Source of the DNA: Eledone cirrhosa | Lineage: Eukaryota | NCBI GenBank assembly: GCA_964016885.1 | Contig: OZ024743.1 | Coordinates: 187,178,001-187,242,000 of the forward strand | Reading direction: 5' to 3' | DNA: 64,000 nucleotides | Shown here: positions 53,829 through 64,000 of the stretch, piece by piece | Position numbering within the stretch: the stretch's first letter is position 1 | Layout of the letters: the number at the start of each line of letters is the position of its first letter | Notes under the pieces: generated by a model | Database searches by the model: none | Told to the model about the DNA's origin: nothing | What the model saw: only the letters and a program-made list of their open reading frames with translations | Made by a program: the position numbers and the translations under genes

Positions 53829-54986
53829 CCTGAGAGGCTTGGTAAATATCAAATTCCCAAAATGTTATGCAGTGGGATTGAACTCAGAACTTTATGATTG
53901 TGAAACACAAATTTGAACCACTGAAGTCTGTCTCTAGCCGAGAGGCTCAATAGGTCAGTGTTTATCCTGGTTTCTGTGCCAAGAAGGGACCGAGAGTACA
54001 AGACTCTCCTCCTATCTTGACAAGATGCCAGTCCATCCCATGATTAAATCCCAGCTATAGCTGGTACTCAGTTTCAGCTGAGTATACTGGAGCACTGTGA
54101 AATGAAGTGTTTCGGACAAGAACACAGCACACAAGCCAGTCCAGGAATAAAACCCATGATATTATGATCATAAGTCGAACACCCTTACCAATATTTATTA
54201 AATCCTCAACTGCCAAACTACTTATTTTTTGCATTGATTGAAATTATTTTGATATAATATTTGATAAAACTCAAGTATATTCGAAAAAAATTATATTGGT
54301 ATTTCTTTTTTCACAAGTACAAAATATAAGTTTTATTTAAATAGAAAACAAAATGTAATTCATCTGAAATATTGGAGTTATAGAATGACTTTCACTTAAA
54401 GCCAAACTAATAACTTGGAATATATAATTTCATTTTTTATTTCAATTTGATATATTAATCCTGACATTAAATTTTAGAAGTGCCACACACATTTAATTAT
54501 TGGAAAGATTTGATGCTAAAATTTCAATTTAATTGGTAAAAATAAAAAGTAGAAAGCAAAATGCATTGAAAAATCCACAAATATATTGGAAAAACTTTAT
54601 AATATACTAAATATTTGTGAGAAGTTTATGACACTGCTATGTTATCATGATAAATGTATGACTGACATGATATCAACATAATATTGCACAGGTATTAATT
54701 TGTATGAGCAGCAAATTGGCAGTTGTTAGGTTGTTAGATAGAATGCCACGGATTATAAGTTCCAGTGATAAGTTCAATTCCCAGTAAAGTCAATTTTGTC
54801 CAGGTCAGTCTTGATTGAATAAACCTATGTTTGATATCATTCCAACCATGACCATTTTTCTACAAGTATAGTGAACCTCAGACTAAATCCTTACAGGAAG
54901 TTAAAGGTTAATGCTACTGGGAAAAGAATGAATGTCATACACTCATATTTTACCCTTCCTAACATTTCTGAAGATTCAGAGACCTA

Positions 54987-55177
54987 CAAGGGTGGGCTGA
55001 AAAGTTCCTAATCTGACTATGAAGGAATAATGCTAGTGCTGTGAAATCTTGCATGCATTAATTTTAACTCTTATGCATTGTTTCTTTTCAGGGATTATGT
55101 TGAAAAATACATAAACCTCATTTGGTCACTCCATGAGAGTATCTTGGTCAGCCTATGAACTTTCCAGCTGTTCCTCA
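54987..55177. mobile_element. Tc1/mariner-like MITE
   Basis: TA|CAAGGG..GCTGAAAAGTTC...GAACTTTCCAGC..CCTCA|TA. Confidence 0.55.
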
Positions 55178-55235
55178 TATATAAAATCAAATAATTTGTG
55201 GATCAGTCTTTTACCTTAGTTTAATTGCCTTAGTT

Positions 55236-55585
55236 CAAGGGTGTGCAACATATTCCATTGATGTGCCACTTTTGAAAATTGGAACAACTATTAGGGCCAG
55301 TCACTGTCAAAAATATGTAATCTAATGAAAACCAGTGAATTGAGTCATAAATACATTGTGAATACATTTTAAAAAAATACATTGAAAAAAAATAAAGACA
55401 AATAAAATATAATTTAGTTTTATTAATGTGAGACTTGGTATTTGGTATAGGTCAACTAACAGAAAATTGTATTACAGTTACGAAAATAATTCTAAATAAG
55501 CCTACAAGATAAAAATTGAAAACAGTCATCGCGGGCCACTCTGACTGATCTGGTGGTCTGCGGGCCACCTGTTGCATGCCCCCTG
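55236..55585. mobile_element. hAT (Charlie-like) MITE
   Basis: CAAGGGTGTGCAAC...GTTGCATGCCCCCTG; TSD CCTTAGTT/ACTTAGTT; GCGGGCC subterminal motifs. Confidence 0.75.
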
Positions 55586-55951
55586 ACTTAGTTTAATCTT
55601 TAATTATAAATAGTTTAAATAATCAGTTGCATATGATTAACATTCCATCTGAATTCATAAAAGTCACTTGTTAGAGAAAAAATGTTGATGGAAAGATTGT
55701 TATTATTTATGCCTAGGTCAACCTTGATTGAACAAACCTATGTTAGATAACATTCCAGCCATGACCACTTTATATTTTTTTCAGTTATAGTGTACCTCAG
55801 ACTACATTATCCAATGTGTGATTGAAGGAAGTTTTGGCTGTCATTTCTAACAACTCAAGTAGCTATATAAAGACTCCCTCCTTGGCTCATACTTCTCTCA
55901 GTGATGGGGAGGTATTTCCAGCAGATTCTGCTCGTGGTTCTTCTTCTTCTT

Positions 55952-55982
<31 letters not shown>

Positions 55983-56930
55983 AAAACAATGACGATGATG
56001 GTGATGGGCTTGTTTACAGTTTCTGTTAACTATATTCACTCACAAGGCAATACCTGATCTGAGGTGCAACACAGTAATATAGAAACAACACCCGTGTATT
56101 TGCAAAGCAAACTTTCTAACCATAGAGCTGAGTCTGCACCTATAATTATGTATATAATATTAGTATGCATCAAATAAGAGCAGCATTAATAGTTAGTCGG
56201 AGGTCAGAGAGGAGGCAGGCAAAAAATAATCATGGTCCATGAACATCAAAGACTGGACACAATGCCTAGACCCTTCTATGTATAAATAGAGATGACAAGG
56301 AAGAGGAGGAGGAGGAGAAGAAGAAGAAGAAGAAGAAGAAGAAGAAGAAGAAGAAGAAGAAGAAGAAGAAGAAGAAAAAGAAAAAAAAAAAAGTAGGCAG
56401 CCAGTCATGTCATCAAAATAACCTATAGAAGTGAATGCAGCATGGCAAGATAACCGATACAAATGAATAGTCATGGCCTGCAGCCTTTGATGGAAAAATA
56501 GACAAATAGAGAGTCAGCATGGTAGGGAAAATGTTGTGGTAGCTGAAATACCTGACAAGATTTGTATGGATGGATGGCTGGAACGTAGCTAAATCAACTC
56601 TAGTGATTCATTTTAGCCTTTCAGATTAGAGTGTGTCTTATCTCTTCAATAACTTCAAGATGAGTGAGGAGGAATGGGTGAAGAGGGAAAGGGAGGTAAT
56701 AGGTGGCTTAGAGATAGATAGAGAGAGGGTAGCCATCATAGAGAGAGAGGGAGAGGATGGTAGCCATCATAGAGAGAGGGTTGCCGTCAAGGCTAACAAA
56801 CTAACCGAAGAATACAGCATGGCAAAATGGCAAAGTAACCGATAGGACTTTGGGTTGGACAGGACTTTTGAGGCAATGTTTTACAGCCAACACTTTTAGT
56901 GTATATGGTGTATCTATTCTAAACCAGATG

Positions 56931-56978
<48 letters not shown>

Positions 56979-57339
56979 CGTGCAGGCATGGCTGTATGGG
57001 TGAGGGATTTGTTTCAGAACGATGTGGAGCTAGGTTTAGTCTTGCTGCACAGAACCTTGGACATGTGTCTTTGGTTGACCAATTTCTTGTGAGTGGAATT
57101 TTGTAGATAGAAACTGCAGATGCATGTTAATTTACCACTGTCTTCATATTGACAATGATTAAAGCATCTTGTAATATTTGTTTATGTCTTACCTGCAATG
57201 TAGTTGTTCAACTTAGATAGATACTGCATATGCTACTTATAAATAAAGTATTGCTTCATATTATAGAATGGTAATTGAAAATTCTCTCAAAATTATCACT
57301 CAATCATTGATGCCATGGAAAAAATGGAATTATAATTAA

Positions 57340-57590
57340 TGGCGATGTTGGTGATATTGCATATTTATGATGCACATGGATGATGATTGCTGGGTGAAGA
57401 AGTGCCAGGATATCTCAGTAGGGGGTAGTTGCAGAAGATGTAGACAAAGAAAGACCTGGGCAGACATGGTGAGAACTGATCTCAAATCACTGTGACTTAC
57501 AGAGAGGATGATGGAGAGAAACTGAACTGAAAAGGACTCAACCAACCCATACAAGTGTGGAAAAATGGACGTAAGAATGATGATGATGTG
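57340..57590 (+). mobile_element. RTE 3' fragment
   Basis: MHMDDDCWVKKCQDISVGGSCRRCRQRKTWADMVRTDL; tail GGACGTAAGAA(TGA)n. Confidence 0.85.
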
Positions 57591-57951
57591 GATATAATAA
57601 TCATTTCTAGTATAGGCACAAGGCCAGTAATTTGGTGGTAGGGTAAAGTCGATTAAATCAACCCCAGTATGTTACCCCAGTATCGACCCCATTAGGATGA
57701 AAGGTAAAGTTAACCTCAGCAGGATTTGAACTCAGACTGTAAAGGACCGTAACTCTATGCTGCAAAGCATGTTGTCTGACTCTCTACCAATACTGCCAAT
57801 ACACTGCCCTATGACGTGGATATAATAATGATTAGTTGTATCTGGAGGGGAAACAAGATTGACAGAGCTATGGTGACAGTACAGATATTTACAATGTTTA
57901 TTATTAATGAGAGCTTGAGAGTTACTGAGAGCCTTACTGGATGCTTTAGAG

Positions 57952-58287
57952 CAGAGGTTCTCATTCCTTTGGGGCCACTACTCACCTCACAGCCATATAA
58001 TACCATCAGCGCCCCCACCCCTATTTCCAGAGAGACCTGCCTACATGCAAATTGTAAATAATATATAATAAATAAAATTGTTAATTTATATATAATAAAT
58101 AATATAATATATACTATGTATAAATAAATATTATGTATTTTTTTATTTTACTATATTCATATATAATATGTATCATTTGATATTTAATATACTAATATAC
58201 CATCTCTCCCACCTCCTTTGTCTCCAGCGGATCCTGGACCTTCTCAATGCCTCTAGTGGGTGGTAGCATCCACATTGGGAACATATG
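57952..58287. mobile_element. hAT (Charlie-like) MITE with perfect 8-bp TSD
   Basis: CTTTAGAG at 57944-57951 and 58288-58295; ends CAGAGGTTCTC / GGGAACATATG. Confidence 0.7.
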
Positions 58288-58519
58288 CTTTAGAGTTTCT
58301 AGTCTGTTGCCTAGAGTATCTATTCTGTGTTTAAAATTTAGCTGCTATTTCTTGGGTTGACAAGAGCTAATATTTAGTGGGACGACTGCTGTGCTTTTAC
58401 CTCTATTTCGACTCTGATAGAGTAGAACTATCATTAAAGATCTTATTATGCTTTCCTTTTCAGGGTCTGCAAAACTTCATTATCTTTTCTTATTTAAGAT
58501 GGTAAAGTGTATCGTGAGA

Positions 58520-58775
58520 AAGATTGGTTGCCATTTCTAAAAATATTTCAGACTGTGATTTGGAGATATATATAAAGCACCTGGAAAAATTAAAGAAAGA
58601 TTTAAAGTACATTTTGAGGATCTGAAGAAAATGCACGTACCTGACTGGATTTTTACCCTATTTGATTAGGAAATAGAAAATGCAGACATTGAATTTCACT
58701 TAGAAGAGGAATTCGTTGGTATGTGTGTGGATCTTGAAGCCAAATAATTGTTCAGAAGCAAACATCTCAACCTAT
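58520..58775 (+). pseudogene. hAT/Charlie-type transposase C-terminal relic
   Basis: ISDCDLEIYIKHLEKLKKD/FEDLKKMHVPDWIFTLFD*EIENADIEFHLEEEFVGM; frameshift and stops. Confidence 0.7.
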
Positions 58776-61700
58776 ATTAGCAGATTAACAAAAAATTGTG
58801 ATGTTGTTGGGGAATGTGTGTCCATGCTGATAAAGGTACAATTGCCCTCACAGATGCTGAAAAGAAAATAGCATAGAAGAGCCATTATGAAATATTACAG
58901 AATGAGGACAATGCATGGGAGAAAAATGGTCTACCGCAAGATGGCCATGGACTAAATATAGATCTGGTAGTATGTTACAAATCATCAATGATTAATTGTC
59001 CAATACTCTGTAAATTAGGTTATCCATGTCTACACACATAGATACACATGTATATATTTATATATATGCACAAAAATATTCCCATTCATTATCACACACA
59101 CACACATTCACACATTCACACATTCACACATAAAAACACACACACACTCACACATACAATCACATATACTCATACACACACTAACTCACTCACAAAGTCT
59201 TTCTTCTGTTGTTTGTATAAGAATATTTTCCTGAAGCTCATTAAAGGTCCTATTTACATAGATAGATACACACATTAGAAAGTGAAGCAAAAATAAATAA
59301 ATGAAATAAAATTTATTTTAAAATAGCATCATATATTCAGTTTCGTTTTTTATTTATCATTTTTGTTTTGTTCGTAAATAATGTACTTACTTATTTCAAA
59401 ATGTTCATCACCTCCCACCCACAAAAAATGTTATCCTTTCTCTTTTATTAAACATTCCAAAAAAGGAATAATAAAAAAAAGAAATAAAAGAGTTAAATAA
59501 TATATTAATTTCTTCACATTAAATTTTTTTTCATTTTTTGAAATAGTTATATATTAGGAACTTGGTTGGAATTCAACTTAGAATGTCTGCAATATATCCC
59601 TTTTCATCTTGTTTTCTAATATACTAAATAATCAATAAAAGAGAACATTTGCAGCTTCTTACTAAATAAAGGAATGCTGCAACTTTTCTTTCATCTTCAG
59701 AGGTTTTTTTTTTTTCAAAGGAAGTTATATCAAGATTTCTAATCTGAAATTTAGGAAAACATTGAATATTTGAAATTAGTACAAAATCTTATAATCTATT
59801 GATTTATCTCTCTCTCCTATATAAAATCTGGCAGATTAGTTATAAACTTTTGAGAAACAGTAATAAACAGATGATTTCCTAAATATGATAAATAATATTT
59901 TGATATGTGAGTTTGCCTCTATTAGTGTTTGTGTTTTAAAATATCAGATACAATGATTCCTATTAAGCAAGGTATGATTTCATGTAACTTTTATATTGAT
60001 ACATACATACATGATGGCTGCAAACTCTGCTAAGAGTATTGCAATCGCTTGTCAGATTACAGAAAATGCTGCATTTTTAGGCTATGACCAGTCACATGAA
60101 CCTGTAACATAACCTAAACAAGCAATGCCTGTGCTTTGAAAGTTTTTTAAGTGGAGAAAGGCCTTGCACTCAACCAATCCCACTTTCTGAGCATCGAAAA
60201 CACTAGCCAAAAAAGAGAACTGGTCAACATCATCGGATACTTTTGAAGCTGCAGGTTTTTTTTTCAGAGTTTCCCTCTCTTAGAAAGGTGTTGTGACAAC
60301 AACTGGGGGCCTCTCACTCCTAGGTAAAAAAAAAAAGTACTATTTGGATGGCCGTTGACTCTGCTGAGTTCCTCCACCCTTCACTGGGTCTTGTATTTCA
60401 TCCCACAGGGTGTTCAAATATCACCCTTCTCACCAAGCAAGCTTGGCCGGGTTGCCGGTTTAGTCGCTGACGACCCAACCATGAGACAGGTTGTACTGGG
60501 TTATATGTTACGCGTAGCAATCGAGAGCGACCTGACATACATACATACATACATGCTATGTATGCATACATACACACATACATACATGCATGCATGGTGG
60601 CTGCCAACTCGTTTTCGAGTACGGCCACTACTTTATATCCATGTAGGAGAACCCCTACCGATGCACTGAACTAATGTAACTTTTTAGTCCAGCCAGCGAC
60701 TTGAAAACTCTGGCACAAAGACTACACTTGTGACCATTATTGACACATAGTGCAGGGCCCATGGTACCATGTGACGACAAGTGCAGAGAGATCTCCAGAT
60801 ATAAAGCAATGCCTGTGCTGTGAAGCTTTTATAGTGAGCAAAGGCACTGCACAAAGCCAGTCCCACTCTCTTAACCAAGATGATATTTACCAAAAAGAAG
60901 AACAAGTCAACATCATTGGATACCATCAGGGTTGCAGGTGTTATATCAGAGTTTTCCTTCTCCTAGAATTCTGCCTTGACAAAGGCTAAGGGGTCATCTC
61001 TCCCGGTGATTTTGGATGGCTATTGACTCTTAAGAGCTCCCTTGCCCTTTGACAGGTTTTGTTTTTAGTCCTGCAGGATGTCCAAAGTCACCCTCCTCAC
61101 CAAGAAACCTTGGTGGGGTTGGCAGTTTAGTCGCCAACGACCCGACCATGAGACAGGTTGTACTGGGATACATGTTACCAGTAGCACCAACTGGTGACCT
61201 GACATAGGTATATATGTATGCATACATACATACATGTATGTATATATGCATGCATACATACATACTTACATACATACATACTTACATACATACATACAAT
61301 TGTACATATGTACATATGCACACACAACCATAAATTTTAATCTGTAATTCATTTTCATCTAGTAACTATATATTCTCCTACCTATATTCAGATAGAGATG
61401 TGACTTGGTAGCTTTTGGTGGATTGACAGAATCGGTAGAGTGTCAGACACCATGTGTTGCAGCATAGAGTTAACGCCCTTTACGTTCTGAGTCCAAATTC
61501 CACCGAGGTTGGCTTTACCTTTCATCCTTAGGGGTCGATAAAATGAAGCACCAGTAATTGCTGGCCTTGTGCCAAAAGTAGAAACAGCTTCTAGTTATAT
61601 CCCATTATGTTCTGAGTTCAAATCCTATCGAGGTTAGCTTTGCTTTTCATTTTTACAGGGTCAATAAAATAAAGGACTGGGATTAATTTAATTGACTTTC

Positions 61701-62179
61701 CCCCCCACCAAAGTTGTTCACCCTCTGCCTAAATCAAAAGCCATTATTATTATAATACTGAAGAGAATATGGAGGCATAAATTAAAGAAGACTGTTTATT
61801 CTTACAGGGAACAAGACAATATAGTAAAGGGTTTTGTGATCAAATGTTAACAATGTAGGTAGAGTTGTGTTAAGGTTTTGCAACCTTTCTACTGCTGGTG
61901 TATCCAACAGTAGAAATCATGCCAAAGAAATGGAATGTATGAGTGAGACATAGTCCCTTTAATTGAGTAGAAGTGCAGTAACTTTGAATAATGACAAACT
62001 GCTACACTGCCTCAAGGGAAAAGGACAAGCTTTTCTCACAGAAGTAATATGTATATAAAGCAGTATCTGTATAAATATATATCATCGTTGTTCATAATCA
62101 TCCCTATTCTATATTTACCTAGCCATGCTGACATGGATTTAATGGGTTTTCTGTGACTTAGTATTATGAGTTTGTTTTA

Positions 62180-62450
62180 TGAATCCTGCGATGCATTGTG
62201 TACTTGAGCAAGACACCTTATATCATGTTACTCCAATTTAATCAGCTGTAAAAATGAGTTGTGATGTCACTGGTGCTAAGCTGTATTGGCCATTACCTTT
62301 CCCTTGGAGAACATCAGTGGCATGGAGAGGGGAGACTGGTATGCATGGGCAACTGCTGGTCTTCCACAAACAAACTAAGCCCAGGCTTGGGCTTTGGAGG
62401 GAAGCTTTCTAGGTGCAAAATCATGGTCATTAGTGACCGATGAGGGCCTA
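62180..62450 (+). mobile_element. SINE-like repeat
   Basis: TTGTGTACTTGAGCAAGACAC..TCAGCTGTAAAAATGAGT domain, shared with the 5130-5200 SINE body. Confidence 0.55.
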
Positions 62451-64000
62451 GAAGTATTATGAGCACTATATTTTCTTTCAGTAGTGTTGTCATTCTCACT
62501 TAATTCTTCCACACTCCTATAATCCATCCTGTTTTTCATAAACACGATTTACTAGCTCTTGTCTTGTATTCCTTTGTGTCTGATTCTTGCTTGACAAATC
62601 TTAAACTTCTGTTGCAGTTCATTTCATTGAGTTATTGAATGAGCAAAGAAATTACAAAGGACTTCAATTATAACACCATAAAGCTAACTTTTGCTTCTTG
62701 ATTTACAGCAAGAAGACATGCTAAACTTGGACTATTGTTGTCACAATTTATAAACACTGCTTTTGATTTTTTTTGTGTGGGAGACCATATGTATGCTGAC
62801 TCATGTCCCCAGCAGACAGAATAGAGAAAACATTGCCCCAGAGGATGGCAAGGGGATATGATGGAACAACCAATCCAACTCATGGGGCTTGTTCTCATGG
62901 GTAACCAGCTCTGCCCCAATAGAAAAAGTAATGGGTAGGGATGTGGTCTGGGAGCCAAGAACATGGGAAATCTCCACTGGTACAGGTTTGACCTCAAACC
63001 TATTGGAGAGTGACCAATATTTTGATAGTTTGCCTTCTTGGCTTGATGTGTAGCAATACCTGTGTTAGTTGCTGAATGGTGAATTCTTGAGAATCATTGG
63101 TTATTAACTGATTAAGTGAATTGTTTTATAACCAGATCACCTAAATATTTTAACCAATTAATAGTTAACTTGGTGAAGGGATAAGAGAACAAAATAGTTA
63201 ATTTTTTCATCAAATGAAATCTGAATATGCTGTACTTTGATTGATAATTTCTTGCTTGTTTTAGAGTTTTTTCAATCTTGATACTTTTGTTGCAATTTAA
63301 TTCTATTTTAGTCACTTTTAAAATGAAATCATGATTTATGTAGTAGTTTAATGTTCAAAACTCAGACGTTAAGGCAGGCGAGGTGATTAACTAATATTTT
63401 TCATCATAAGAAAATTGTGTCTTGTATTTTAAGTTGTTAAATCTGGCAAGGCATGTCACATAAATCTAACACTACTGCCTTTAATAAAAGACAATAATGC
63501 ACTATGATATTTGAAAAGGCTTTTTCTATCTGTAAACACACTAGCTAGTTTAACAATCCTACTCCTTGTACAGCAGTCTTCCAAGATTATCTTGAAAATC
63601 TTGAATGATTATTTATAATGTAATGATTGAAATTCCTTCATTATTAAATTAAGAATCAAATGTTAAAAACGGTTAACAACATTGCCACCAGGCTTGCTAA
63701 TCAAATGTTAAAACAAAATATAAAGAAGTTTTTTTATGTGCAATAACTGCATATTATTAAAAAAAAGTGAATAATGTTTCAGACAGAATAAACCTTGCAA
63801 AGGAAATTTTGTATTTTCTTTGCCATATAAAATTCCTACTATAATTGAAACTCATTTAAGCAGTTAATAAACATTATGAAAATTCTTATACAATTATTAA
63901 CGGTTACATATTTTCCAATTAGTTTTAAGGTCCCATAAACACACCCATATAAATAAACATATATATATAATATATATAAATATATATATATAAATATATA

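Overview
AT-rich, repeat-saturated eukaryotic DNA. It is most likely from an octopus-type cephalopod, inferred from the SINE motifs, the (TA)n/(CAT)n density and the RTE LINE load. I found no recognisable host gene. Contents: (i) four large RTE-clade LINE copies (1-1340 minus; 6310-9583; 36327-38280; 39437-42815) plus many 3' fragments. In the three copies that include the RT, a C4HC3 PHD-type zinc finger sits inside the RT between motifs 6 and 7. (ii) Penelope-like elements (PLEs): one with RT + GIY-YIG and inverted ends (31280-35595) and two decayed ones. (iii) A series of short, mostly palindromic inserts embedded in (TA)n microsatellites. Read by eye, most of these carry type-I hammerhead ribozyme (HHR) folds: six with intact catalytic cores and several mutated or half copies. 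Several share an unusual U.U pair closing stem II, and one has a ~75-nt branched insertion in loop II. (iv) tRNA-derived SINEs, including a chimeric subfamily that has swapped its LINE-derived 3' tail. (v) MITEs (Merlin-, hAT-, piggyBac- and mariner-like), an R4/Dong-like fragment and a hAT transposase relic. All folds and alignments were done by eye; element boundaries are approximate to about 10-20 bp.
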